Part shown: positions 26,064-37,200 of the stretch, in pieces
Numbering within the stretch: position 1 is the first letter of the stretch
How the letters are laid out: every line of letters starts with the position of its first letter
DNA from: Candidatus Poseidoniales archaeon
Lineage (GTDB): Archaea; Thermoplasmatota; Poseidoniia; Poseidoniales; Poseidoniaceae
Length of the DNA: 64,000 nucleotides
NCBI GenBank assembly: GCA_003602575.1
Contig: QQRY01000018.1
Location: 21,632 to 85,631, forward strand
Direction: 5' to 3'
Notes under the pieces: model-generated
Told to the model about the DNA's origin: nothing
The model's database searches: none
Seen by the model: only the letters and a program-made list of their open reading frames with translations
Translations under genes and position numbers: made by a program

Positions 26064-28265
26064 ATGCAATATAGACTACGCCACACTATGAGCGAGCAAT
26101 CCACAGGCGAGTCTGGTGAAAACCAAGTTTCACAAGAGTTTGTTCAAATGGAAAGAGAACTGAATAAAGAAACTTCAGTTCTTTCGCTAATGAGGGAACA
26201 GATGAAATCTATGGTTGGCATGGTTTCAATGTTTGTTATAACAATAATAATTTCTTTATTCATTAGACCTTGGTATGACGTTGCAGAATTGCATGCTTTT
26301 GGTGAAGCTGGCTCGACACAAGCAAGGTATATTGTTCTTGAATTAGTGATGATATTTTTATTTACAGCATTCGTTATTATGCTGGCAAGATACAAGAAGG
26401 AATGGCTGATAAAATATGGGATTTTAGGTGTTCTTACCATTGCATTAATGTATACTACAGTACCATTAGCACATATGTTTGTGATAGATTTTGATAGTGA
26501 TGAATTTCAATATACTGATTCATTTGAATCTGAGGAAACATACTTGACAGATATTGGTATGGGTGCTTTCATAACTCATGACTTGATTGGAAATAGTACC
26601 AACTGGCAAGATTCTGTTAGTTATTGGAATCAAGATAGTATGGCAACTGGAACTCCTGAGTGGACATATAATCAAGACCGCCTTCCAGCAGGAGATTCAC
26701 AAATTTTCCGTGTCGTGAAATCATCAGATCATATTACAATCACTAATGGTGCTTGGATATCCTCAATAGACATCGAGTCAGGTCAGATGATTGAAAATTA
26801 TGCTTGCTATTCAGAAGATGGCGGACAATTTACTCTAGGTACTGATTACGGTATGTGTGATATGGCTGTAATTGTTGATGGAGGCGTTTACACTTTCTCT
26901 ACCGGTGGCGACGTAATATTTTATCGAACATTTGAAGAGTCGCCCGGCGTAATGGCTTATCAATCAAAATGGGGACTTCCTCCAAATATCGACATTAGAA
27001 ATGAATTCATTGATGCAACTATGATCGAGGATGAAAGGATGCTTCTGGTCACTAAATCTAGTGCAATTGTAATGCACTTGGAGGAGAACTCAGGAACTTT
27101 AGATATCGATCTCCAGAAAATTATATTCCAGTATGATTCAGAAAGTAAAATTACTAGCGTTGATTTTGGACATTCCCCATGGTCGAAGAATAATATTTCA
27201 TCCAATATGGGGGATGAAGGTTTACTGATTATTGGTGAGCAAGATGGAACTATAACTGGCTGGGAATGGCAAGATAATTTGCCAAATGACGATGGAGCAT
27301 TTACCGTTCAAGAAAAAATGAAGTTGGATAATTTCATCGATTCAGTACAAAATGTTCAGATTACTGATTTAGATGAATCAGGTTTTACAGACTTATTAGT
27401 TACCTCTGATGACACCTCTTATTGGCTTCATACTAAACTTTTGAAGAATAAGGTCTCATTCCCTGCAAGTGAAAATTTCTCGATTGGTATTTTTGTAAGT
27501 GATGCAGATGATAAGGTTCAGTATCATTCAATCAATGCTAACCAATTACTTTCGGTTGAGAGTGGTGAAATAACAGAGGAAATGTTCGTTTTAGAAGGTT
27601 TACAACTTTATGAAACACAGTTCATAATAGGGGTAATTGTGGCTTTAGTTCTCATGGTTTTATTGTATGTCCACAGTGAATGGTATGTGGTAAATACAGT
27701 TGGTGTACTTGTTGGGGCTGGAGTAATTGTAATGCTTGGAGTCGCATTTGTCCCAACTTTGATAATAATTTTCATGATTCTAGCCGCTATTTATGATGCA
27801 TGGGCCGTTTACAAATCGAAACATATGCTTGAACTAGCAGATACAATGATTGGATTACAATTGCCAATTTTACTTGTAGCTCCTCAAGATAAAGGGTATT
27901 CATTTAGAGATGAGAAAGCCCCGATTTCAGATATAGATAGATCAGAAATACCAGAACCAAAGATTAACAAAAATAAACCGAAGAAGAATAAAGAAGCTAT
28001 GTTTATGGGTCTAGGCGATGTTATATTCCCTGGAATGTTGGTTCTTTCAGCAGTACAGTGGCTTGACTCTGATTATGGCTTAAGTGTTGCAATATCTACT
28101 CTTATTGGCGGCTTATTAGGATATACAGCATTGATGACTTATGTTGCAAGAGGTAAAGCACAAGCCGGTCTTCCGTTGTTGAATGGAGGGGCGATACTAG
28201 GATATTTCATCGGTGGTTTGATTTTTGCCGGAACAGCAATATTTGAATTAGGAATTACATGGTAG
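26064..28265 (+). CDS. Presenilin/signal-peptide-peptidase family (A22) intramembrane aspartyl protease with large ectodomain insertion
   Basis: 'LAAIYDAWAVY' (YD), 'FMGLGDVIFPGML' (GxGD), 'AGLPLLNGGAILG' (PAL-like), in the expected TM6/TM7/TM9 order. A soluble segment of about 370 aa (residues about 145-515) lies between TM3 and TM4. Confidence 0.7.
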   Translation: MQYRLRHTMSEQSTGESGENQVSQEFVQMERELNKETSVLSLMREQMKSMVGMVSMFVITIIISLFIRPWYDVAELHAFGEAGSTQARYIVLELVMIFLFTAFVIMLARYKKEWLIKYGILGVLTIALMYTTVPLAHMFVIDFDSDEFQYTDSFESEETYLTDIGMGAFITHDLIGNSTNWQDSVSYWNQDSMATGTPEWTYNQDRLPAGDSQIFRVVKSSDHITITNGAWISSIDIESGQMIENYACYSEDGGQFTLGTDYGMCDMAVIVDGGVYTFSTGGDVIFYRTFEESPGVMAYQSKWGLPPNIDIRNEFIDATMIEDERMLLVTKSSAIVMHLEENSGTLDIDLQKIIFQYDSESKITSVDFGHSPWSKNNISSNMGDEGLLIIGEQDGTITGWEWQDNLPNDDGAFTVQEKMKLDNFIDSVQNVQITDLDESGFTDLLVTSDDTSYWLHTKLLKNKVSFPASENFSIGIFVSDADDKVQYHSINANQLLSVESGEITEEMFVLEGLQLYETQFIIGVIVALVLMVLLYVHSEWYVVNTVGVLVGAGVIVMLGVAFVPTLIIIFMILAAIYDAWAVYKSKHMLELADTMIGLQLPILLVAPQDKGYSFRDEKAPISDIDRSEIPEPKINKNKPKKNKEAMFMGLGDVIFPGMLVLSAVQWLDSDYGLSVAISTLIGGLLGYTALMTYVARGKAQAGLPLLNGGAILGYFIGGLIFAGTAIFELGITW

Positions 28266-28272
28266 GGTTATT

Positions 28273-29565
28273 ATGCTAGGTATTCATATTTTTAGAGAAA
28301 CACCGGAACTGATTCGTGCCGACCACGATAAAAGAGGAATCCCTCACGAAAAGATAGATCAAGTAATCGATTATGATAAAAAATGGTTAAGTTTACAACA
28401 TCAAACCAATCAATTACGTCAAAAGAAGAATACAGCAGCAAAAGGAATTGGTGCTGCAAAGAAGTCGGGTGATGATGCAAAAGCTCAACAGATACTAGCA
28501 GAGGTCGCAAGTTTAGGAACAGAGATATCCTCTTTAGAAAAACAAACCGATGAAGCATTAGATATGCGCGATAAAATAAGAATGACAATACCAAATATTC
28601 TTCACAAAGATGTCCCTGTTGGAGCGGACGAAGAGGGTAATACACTGCACAGTGTGCATGGAACTAAACCAGAATTTGATTTTGAGCCAAGAACTCATAA
28701 TGAATTAATTGAGATGAATAAGTGGGTTGATCTAAAACGAGCGGCTAAGATTACAGGCAGTAGATTCTTTTTCTTGAAAGGTGATTTAGCCCGTCTTGAA
28801 TTTGCTTTACAACAATTTTCTGTAGATTTTATTCGAAGTCGAGGCTATAGTTTCGTTCAACCTCCAATGATGATGAATAGAGAGTCATACGAAGGAGTGA
28901 CAGATTTAGCAGATTTTGAAACCGTAATGTATGGTGTTGAACCAGATGGCTATTACATGATTGCAACATCAGAACATCCACTGACTTCTATGTTCATGAA
29001 TGAAACTATTCCAGAAGAACAACTACCTTTGAAAATAGTAGGATTATCTCCATGCTTCCGTAGGGAAGTAGGTTCTCATGGGCAGTCGGATTTAGGAATT
29101 TGGCGTGTTCATCAATTCACAAAAATTGAACAGATAATTATCTCCAAGCCCGAAGAATCATGGGAATTACAAGAAGAACTGTTGAAAAATTGTGTAGATT
29201 TGTGGGATGAACTTGGTATTCACTATGAAGTTGTCAATATTTGTACTGGTGATATGGGTACAGTAGCTGCAAAGAAATATGATTTAGAAGCCTGGATTCC
29301 TGGTGCTAAGCAGTATAAAGAAATTGTATCTTGTTCTAATTGCACCGATTATCAAGCCAATAGGCTTCAAATCAGATATGGCCAACCAGGGCATTCAGGG
29401 CAACCGATTGCTCATACTTTGAATTCGACCGCAGTCGCAACTTCTAGGGCTCTTGTTGCAATCATGGAACAGTACCAAATGGAAGATGGACGTGTAAAGA
29501 TTCCTGAAGTTCTAAGGCCACATATGGGCGGGCAAGAAATTCTAGAACCTTGTAATTGGGGATAA
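28273..29565 (+). CDS. serS: Seryl-tRNA synthetase
   Basis: N-terminal coiled-coil arm. Class II motifs 'TSEHPL', 'SPCFRREVGSHG', 'LNSTAVATSRALVAIME'. Confidence 0.95.
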   Translation: MLGIHIFRETPELIRADHDKRGIPHEKIDQVIDYDKKWLSLQHQTNQLRQKKNTAAKGIGAAKKSGDDAKAQQILAEVASLGTEISSLEKQTDEALDMRDKIRMTIPNILHKDVPVGADEEGNTLHSVHGTKPEFDFEPRTHNELIEMNKWVDLKRAAKITGSRFFFLKGDLARLEFALQQFSVDFIRSRGYSFVQPPMMMNRESYEGVTDLADFETVMYGVEPDGYYMIATSEHPLTSMFMNETIPEEQLPLKIVGLSPCFRREVGSHGQSDLGIWRVHQFTKIEQIIISKPEESWELQEELLKNCVDLWDELGIHYEVVNICTGDMGTVAAKKYDLEAWIPGAKQYKEIVSCSNCTDYQANRLQIRYGQPGHSGQPIAHTLNSTAVATSRALVAIMEQYQMEDGRVKIPEVLRPHMGGQEILEPCNWG

Positions 29566-32097
29566 CTAAAGGTCCAATAATCCTGCTTTCTTAATGGCCT
29601 CTAAATTAAGTTGGCCAGGCAATCCTAGATCTACTGGCATTCCTCCAATTGTTACGATAATTCCAGTTAAGTGAGTAAAAAGACAGGGCGGGAAGTCTCT
29701 TTCCTCTTTGTATTTTGATAGTACTTTCCAACCATTGGCGCCTTTAGATTTAGCTTTGTCAAGCGTATCTTCAACAGAGTGAGCAATCCATGCATTAGCA
29801 TTCCATGCATGCTTTTGCAAATCTTTTGTCACCAATGCTGGCGCTGGAGCGACCGTATGCCTGTAAGGCCATGCTTGAACCCAGTCAAGTCCGGAGTCAA
29901 TTAACCATTCAATACCGGTTGGCTCACTGCTTGCTGAAATTGTCTCTCCAATCGATTCTAGATATCTGAGTAAGCTCCTTAGGTGAGGATGTCTAGAACG
30001 GTTACGACCTAGTGTTTCAGCGATATTTGTTGCAGTATTTACTCTTCCCTCATCGAGATGAAGTAGACTTCTAACAACTTCCCCATGAGTCCAATCTTGG
30101 ATTTCATTATCTTTGATAAATCTCTCAATTTTATTTAGCGCTACTCCGGAACGTCCTTCTAACCTTAGTCTAGCAACATCTCCAAGAATTATCATTTTAT
30201 CAGCGGGTGTATTCCTCATTTTCAAAGTTGAAACTGCAACGTTCTGCTCGAACCTTTTAACCAAATCTATATTTCTTTTAGTAAGTGGATCCATTGTGAG
30301 TAATGAGGAAATCGTAGGATTTAATGGCCGCTTTTTAGGTTGCATCAACGAGGCAAACCACTGTAATCTTGCAGATTCAACATCATCATCAGGAATCATA
30401 TTCAATCTTGGCTTTGCTTCTGCTAAGTCTCTTTGACTCAGACTTGCTGCAACTAAAATCAATCGAGCAATTTGTGCTTCTCTACCCCCGCGAAGAGCGA
30501 GAATCGAAACAGCATTATTTTCAGCGTCATCCCATCTGCCCATGGCAGCATAAATTTCCATCATAGCATCAGTTTTTCTTAGTAAGTCTAGGCCTTCTAG
30601 TTGTTTTCCATGCCCTTCGATTACCGAGTCTATACGGATTAATGCTTTGTCCCACTGGTCTTCCATAATCAAATTTCTAATCGCCTTCTGTTTTAGATAA
30701 ATTACATCTTCTAATTGTGACATTCGTGCCCTATCTTCACCCATAGAGGCATCAAAAGAGATATCTTCTAAACTAGAACCAATCTTTCTCGAACGTGCCC
30801 AAATCACTATGAAAGCAACTTGTCCACCCGATGCCAACATCCAAGTTAATTCTTCAAGAGAATCCTTTTGTAAAACATTACAGATACTATTCTCCCAAAC
30901 CCCACACTGATCTCCTTGTGGCAGGAAACTTGAATCCCAAAATGTAATCATTGCTAAAGCTAACAATAACATTGATTGGCCAGCAAATCCGGTAAAACAG
31001 AAATTTAGGACCTTTGCTTGTTGAGACCTTTCCGCTCTAAGTAATCTACTATCAGCCAATTTAATTCCACCTTTGCCTGATACATCTTGGACATCTAAGA
31101 ATAATATTCTAGCAACTTCATATACGAATAAGAATCCGATTAATGCGACGTTGAGGAGTAAAAATAGTAGCACCATACTAACCATCGGTACTCTGATTCC
31201 ATCCTCTGGGATAAATGAGAACAGTTCTATCAATGCAAAACCAAGTATGCCTCCTTCTTCCATGATGGATGATTGGACTCTATACTCCGGCAATTCTAGC
31301 ACCCTATCAGAGTGGGTAAACAAATCCGGACTAATCGATAATGCCACTATGGATAAAACAGTATTTAGAGCAACATATGGCATAGCAATAAGGTTGATAT
31401 TGACAATTAGAGCGATTGCTTGTTGCTTAGCATTTGGTTTATGATTATGGAATGGAGACGCTTCTCCCTTGGCAATTTGTTGTGAAGACTGTCTCAATGC
31501 TTGCCAAGATGAACCAAGAACTCTTCCATAGGCTAATACAGCCGGAGCGAAGGCAACAAAAGTACAGATACTAAAGATTCGAAATGTTGGGACATCAAGT
31601 ATATCTAGAATTAATCCTAATGCAAATACTAGGGCCATCCACAAAATTGTTAGTAGGACATATGAATAACTGCGCCAAATATTAGAATCTTGTAATGTAG
31701 CTCTACCCTCTCCAATAGGCTTAATCACTTGCGCTCCTAAAGATGAACCACTGGAAATTACCGCTGGTACTGCAATAAAGCAAAGGCCAATAGCCAGTGT
31801 CAGTGCATGATATCCCCCATAAAGTCCCAGTCGGATTGTCATGAACTCAAAGAAGAGAATTAGGGCACCTGTTAGAGCAAAGAGATAGGTAGTGACACCA
31901 AACCTCATACCTTGAGTGGATAGTAATTTCTTAACATCGTCAGTAGAAGTTGTTACTCTATGGACTTCATATCGCTTTTCACCGGTTTGGAATGCCACTT
32001 GAAGTCCGCGTAACTGTCTTGGAACCACTTGAGTCCAAAATATCCATGCTGTTAATCCAGCCAAAATGAAGGGAATTATCGCTGCCGGAGTTACCAC
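29566..32097 (-). CDS. Hypothetical large polytopic membrane protein with helical-repeat C-terminal half
   Basis: 843-aa ORF. About 10-12 hydrophobic helices in the first 440 aa or so, then a soluble helix-rich region of about 400 aa. No catalytic motif recognised. Confidence 0.55.
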   Translation of the reverse strand: MVTPAAIIPFILAGLTAWIFWTQVVPRQLRGLQVAFQTGEKRYEVHRVTTSTDDVKKLLSTQGMRFGVTTYLFALTGALILFFEFMTIRLGLYGGYHALTLAIGLCFIAVPAVISSGSSLGAQVIKPIGEGRATLQDSNIWRSYSYVLLTILWMALVFALGLILDILDVPTFRIFSICTFVAFAPAVLAYGRVLGSSWQALRQSSQQIAKGEASPFHNHKPNAKQQAIALIVNINLIAMPYVALNTVLSIVALSISPDLFTHSDRVLELPEYRVQSSIMEEGGILGFALIELFSFIPEDGIRVPMVSMVLLFLLLNVALIGFLFVYEVARILFLDVQDVSGKGGIKLADSRLLRAERSQQAKVLNFCFTGFAGQSMLLLALAMITFWDSSFLPQGDQCGVWENSICNVLQKDSLEELTWMLASGGQVAFIVIWARSRKIGSSLEDISFDASMGEDRARMSQLEDVIYLKQKAIRNLIMEDQWDKALIRIDSVIEGHGKQLEGLDLLRKTDAMMEIYAAMGRWDDAENNAVSILALRGGREAQIARLILVAASLSQRDLAEAKPRLNMIPDDDVESARLQWFASLMQPKKRPLNPTISSLLTMDPLTKRNIDLVKRFEQNVAVSTLKMRNTPADKMIILGDVARLRLEGRSGVALNKIERFIKDNEIQDWTHGEVVRSLLHLDEGRVNTATNIAETLGRNRSRHPHLRSLLRYLESIGETISASSEPTGIEWLIDSGLDWVQAWPYRHTVAPAPALVTKDLQKHAWNANAWIAHSVEDTLDKAKSKGANGWKVLSKYKEERDFPPCLFTHLTGIIVTIGGMPVDLGLPGQLNLEAIKKAGLLDL

Positions 32098-32136
32098 ATC
32101 AATTATCGGTGGAGCGGAAATAAAATCACCTCATAA

Positions 32137-34158
32137 TCAATCTTCATTAACAGCCAAACTAGGTATTGAAATTTTATTCGCAATCTCGTCGTTTATTTGA
32201 ATAACAAAATCATCTAAAGCAATACCTGACACTTGATCTCCATTACGGGCTCTAAGGCTAACGGTTCTACTATCTTCTTCCCCATCACCTAAAATAATCA
32301 TATAGGCAGGTTGAAGTTTTCTATGATTTCTAATCTTTTTACCAATTGTGTCGTCACCATCGTCAATTTGAACTCGAACATTATTATCTCGTAAAATTTG
32401 CGCTACTTCATGGGCATATTTCTTGTGTCTTTCAGAGATGGTAATTATGTGGCATTGAGTTGGAGTTAGCCATGTTGGGAACTTGCCAGCAAAATGCTCG
32501 ATGAGTACTCCACAAAATCTTTCCATTGAACCAAATGGGGCGCGATGAATCATTACAGGTCTATGCATTTCACCATCATTTCCTTTGTAAGATAAATCAA
32601 ACCTTTCCGGTAAATTATAATCCACTTGAACAGTACCTAATTGCCATTCACGGCCGATTACATCTTTCACTACGAAGTCGATTTTTGGACCATAGAATGC
32701 GGCTTCACCTTGCTCTTCAGACCAGTCGACACCTAGAGATTCAGCGGCGTCTCGACATGCTTTTTCGGCTTTATCCCAGCGTTCAGGTTCTCCTACGTAC
32801 TTCGTTGAATCAGGATCTCTTAGCCCGACACGAACTCTATAATCGGTCATCCCTAATTTATCAAATATTATCTGCACTAATTCGATGCATCCAAGTACTT
32901 CTTCTCCTATTTGATCTTCAGTAACAAAGAGATGAGCATCATCTTGAGTGAAACCTCTAACTCTTGTCATTCCTGAAATTTCTCCGGATTGCTCCCATCG
33001 ATATACGGTTCCGAACTCCGCTAGTCTTAGAGGTAGATCTCGATATGAACGAGCTTGCGAGGCATAAATTTTGACATGGTGTGGGCAGTTCATCGGCTTG
33101 AGCATATATCCATCGATGTCTCCACTTTTCATCATATTCGATAATTCGGAACAAGAACACCCATCATCTGATAATTTCTTCATTAGGTCCTTTTCAACCA
33201 ATGGAGGATATTGTGAATCTTGGTAATAAGGGAAATGCCCAGAAGTACGGTACAAGTCTAACTTTCCTATGTGAGGTGTAAAGACTTGAGAATAGCCCTG
33301 CCTTCGAAGATGGCTACTAATGAAATCTTGTAATTCTTGGCGAATAATAGAGCCCCTAGGTGTCCAGAGAATCAGTCCTTGGCCTACTTCCTCGTCTATG
33401 TGGAATAACTGTAGGTCCTTACCTAACTTACGATGGTCTCTCTTTTTTGCCTCCTCCATTCGGTGTAGAGTTGATTTCAATGCATCTTTGGTTGGTTCAA
33501 CAATTCCATAAATTCTTACCAACTGTTCTCTATCCTGGTCGCCCCTCCAATATGCAGACGAGACGCTGGTTAGTTTGCAAAACATCAGTCTAGAGGTATT
33601 TGGTACGTGAGGTCCAAGACATAAATCATACCAATCTCCTTGTTTGTAGATTGTTGAACCTCCGCCATCTTCGATTTTATCGCTGATTATTTCTAATTTG
33701 TAAGGATTATCAGCAAAATGCTGTTGTAATTCTTCGTCGGTTAACTCTAACCTTTCGACTGTAAAATTCTTCCTTGCTAGCTCTTGCATTTTCTTCTGAA
33801 TTGGTTTGAGGTCAGACTCGGCTATTGGGTCCATTGCAAAATCATAGTAAAAACCTCTATCAATAGCAGGGCCGATTGTCGGTTTTGCATCAGGATATAA
33901 TTCCATGACAGCCTGTGCTAAAAGGTGTGCTGCACTATGTCTAAGGATGTGCATACCTTCATCTGATTGCGATAAAATACCTTCAACCGAGGAGGACTGT
34001 TCAATTTGATATGACATATCTCTTTGAATCCCATCAACATTTGCCGCTAAACAGCCATGTTTTCTTCCAAGAACATCGGTCACTACTTCGGCACATGTTA
34101 TTCCTGACGCATATTCATTGACAGTTCCGTCGGGCAATGTGATATTTATTAGAGCCAT
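32137..34158 (-). CDS. thrS: Threonyl-tRNA synthetase (bacterial-type architecture: TGS + editing + catalytic + anticodon-binding)
   Basis: 'INITLPDG' TGS start, 'HSAAHLLAQA' editing-domain motif, class II core 'FRDLP..LAEFGTVYRWE', 'RGFTQDDAH'. ATG at 34158 has AGGAG 9 nt upstream; the track start is 34200. Confidence 0.95.
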   Translation of the reverse strand: MALINITLPDGTVNEYASGITCAEVVTDVLGRKHGCLAANVDGIQRDMSYQIEQSSSVEGILSQSDEGMHILRHSAAHLLAQAVMELYPDAKPTIGPAIDRGFYYDFAMDPIAESDLKPIQKKMQELARKNFTVERLELTDEELQQHFADNPYKLEIISDKIEDGGGSTIYKQGDWYDLCLGPHVPNTSRLMFCKLTSVSSAYWRGDQDREQLVRIYGIVEPTKDALKSTLHRMEEAKKRDHRKLGKDLQLFHIDEEVGQGLILWTPRGSIIRQELQDFISSHLRRQGYSQVFTPHIGKLDLYRTSGHFPYYQDSQYPPLVEKDLMKKLSDDGCSCSELSNMMKSGDIDGYMLKPMNCPHHVKIYASQARSYRDLPLRLAEFGTVYRWEQSGEISGMTRVRGFTQDDAHLFVTEDQIGEEVLGCIELVQIIFDKLGMTDYRVRVGLRDPDSTKYVGEPERWDKAEKACRDAAESLGVDWSEEQGEAAFYGPKIDFVVKDVIGREWQLGTVQVDYNLPERFDLSYKGNDGEMHRPVMIHRAPFGSMERFCGVLIEHFAGKFPTWLTPTQCHIITISERHKKYAHEVAQILRDNNVRVQIDDGDDTIGKKIRNHRKLQPAYMIILGDGEEDSRTVSLRARNGDQVSGIALDDFVIQINDEIANKISIPSLAVNED

Positions 34159-34291
34159 TAGGCCATCTCCTACAATGTTGGGGGTTCGCTTATCCTTCAT
34201 GAAACCGCCGCACTAATTACCATGAGAAGTGGCTAATTTATTGATGCGATGAAGGGTAAGTATTGAAGAGTAGTAGGATACACATAATACC

Positions 34292-37200
34292 ATGAGCAAT
34301 CGAATTATGCCGTGCATAATGATTACACTACTGATGCTATTATCGCCCTTGTCGACTTCTGCTCAAATTCCAACTACTGGTGAACCCGAAATAAATGCCT
34401 TATGGATTTTAGACGATAATGGTGTAAATGCCCATGCATACAGAATTACTTTCGCTGATAATTCCTCTTTTGATATTGAAATTGATATTGCTCACATAAG
34501 GGATGGAATCGAGTTAGAAACTTATGAGTTACTCCAATGGAATAGTATCGAATCTCGTAGGGTTGTTGATGTTTTTGTTAATACTACGTTGCAGTGGGGT
34601 GATGAAGTAACTATTACTGTTGATATCAATGCTGTTGACGGTGTACCTATATCGCCCGTTTCAGCCACTAGAGTTATGGATATTGGAACATGGAATCAAC
34701 CAATGGATGACCATGAGATTATGCTTTCCACTGTATGGGATTTAGATCAATCATACGATAATGAAGAAGGGGAGCAGGGCTTTTTCTTAAATTTTGAAGG
34801 ACAGGGATGGCAGAAAAGAGAAGGAGAGATACTTAATTCATGGGAATTAGGCAATGGTTCGTTCATAACTCTTGAATCTACCAATGGTTCAACAAGTAAT
34901 CTATCCTTGGTACTCGAGTCAATTTGGAAAAATGAAACAATTGTTGGAGGAGTTTTAACCACTCAGATTTTCGATGCTAAGGGATATGGCGTTCTAAACT
35001 TAATAGATGATGATGGTGAAACACAAACTCATATTTTGGCTAATGTTTCCGATGCTTGGTTAAACAGGTCGATGATTGGAGAGGATGTATCAGAGAGGCT
35101 ACGCTTAGAGGCAACTGGAATGTTGAATATTTCTTCAACTGAATCCAATGAATCATCTACAAATATTGACGGCGAAGTCAGTGTATTCTATCTCGAAACA
35201 TGGGATGAGAATGGAGTTCGTAGATTACAAGATCAACAATTTGAAGCATTAGCAGAACTAATTATCATAGATGAAGGGACTCGATTAGATATTTCCTTGG
35301 AAGGTCTAACTTCTTCAGAACGTTGGGAAGAAGGTATCAGAGTAATGCAAAAAGAGGAATTTATAGGTAGTGGGACATTTGGATTTGATGAACAAGATAA
35401 TGAATCATCAATCGCAGTAAATGGGACAATATATGATTTCCACTCATTGGTAGAGGACGGTCAGACAAAAATCGATGATATTCATGTCGATGGTGATATC
35501 ACGGGTGATGTCCAAGGGTCTTTTGGAATCGTGAGATATATTGAAGAAACTGGTCAACAACTCAATGCTTCAGGTGTCAGTTTCTTAGTTAACGTCATTC
35601 ATGAAGAAACATGGTTCAATCTAACCGGAATAAATGGTGGAAATTTCTTTGATGGTGCAGGAATCGGCTCTAGTAACAATAATACTTGGGATTATCAGGT
35701 AGTACAATCAGATTGGGAAAATCGCACAGTTCGTTTGGTTTGGGAAGAAACAGGACCAGATGCTTCAAGTGGAGAAGAGTTCCCAGAAAATAGCCCAGTT
35801 CAGAATAATGCTTCAGCCCCAGAGGCTGAGGAAGGCCTTGGTAATGTTTCTATTTCTAGAGAAACCGGGTTAATGCCAATCCCAATGATTCCAGGAGATA
35901 CTGTTCGTCTTGATGGGCAAGCGGGACTTATTCTAGAAATAACCACAGATTCAGTATCTTTCGACCCTCGTGACGGTCATAATTTCCATGTTGTAACTTG
36001 GAGCGGCGAATATGAAGGGGACGGCTCAGGATATGCATCAGGGGCAATAATCGATCAAGGCCCTCTCAAAGGATTATTATCGAATGTCAACAGAACTTTG
36101 GAGATTCCATATGGTGAGGATAATAATACTGCTTTTCTCAATGAAAGCCAAACTTTAGAGCGTGTTCTTTCACCTTCAATCGTAACTTTAGAAGAAAATT
36201 CTGCACCGGTCATTGGCGAAGTTTACCTACAGCAAGGCATAGTTATTGGAGAGGGTGGAAGTAGTGCTACTCTAGTTGCCAATGTGACAGACATCGACTG
36301 GAATATCGACACTGTAATAGTTGATTTGACTCCAATCGGCGGCGATATTGTAGAAATGAATGATAGGGGATTAAATGGCGACCAATCAGTCGGTGATGAT
36401 TTATTTTCCATTATCATTTCAGTCCCAGGCCTTGAGACAGGAATTATTGAATTGAATGTTACTGCTTCAGATAAATTTGGAGTAATAACAACTGCTTCTG
36501 GGCAAATAGAGATAATCAATCAAGCTCCTAGGTTGACTTCGGTTGAAATCCTTCCAAATATAGGGTACAGGGGCGCTATTTTAGTAGTCAATGCACAAGC
36601 TTATGATGGTCATGGAGTTGGTAATGTAAGCATTGATTTGAGAAATTATGGAGGGCAGCAGATCTCACTTGTTCAAACATCAGGAATTTGGGCTGGACAA
36701 ATAATTATTCCACAAGGTATGGATCCTGGTTTTCAAGATATTGAATTCATACTAGAAGATGGACTAGGAAAGTTAGGGACCTCAAATGTATGGTATCAAG
36801 ATCAAGCAGATAGTCAAGACCCAAGAGGTCCTCATTTTATTTCCGATGAGGTTACGGTTCCAATTGAGATTAAAGTGTTAAATTCGGCTCCTGAAATCAT
36901 AGTTCCTAATGGATTGAAGTTCACAAGGCCAGAATCTCCTTCTACAGAAACCATAGAAGTCCAAATTTTAGATTCTGATGGTATTTCCAATGCCCGAGCA
37001 CAACTAGGAGTTTTTGCTCCACTGGGAAGTGATGGTGGTTGGACAATTATGCGTGATGATGGAACCAATGGGGATAGAGTTGCAAATGATGGAAACTTCA
37101 CTGTAGAAATCTCTTTGAGAAGTAGTACTCCTGAAGGAACTCATGATATCTTGATACAAGCAGCGGATCAGTATGATGTCGTCTCAGGTACAATTCCGAT

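Noticed and set aside
32137-34200. The bacterial-type ThrRS and bacterial-like SerRS as evidence that this contig is bacterial or chimeric.
   Set aside because: Several euryarchaeal lineages are known to carry bacterial-type ThrRS. The flanking genes (Alba, MC1, Hjc, Bud32, DacZ, UPF0200) are coherently archaeal, and composition is uniform across the region.
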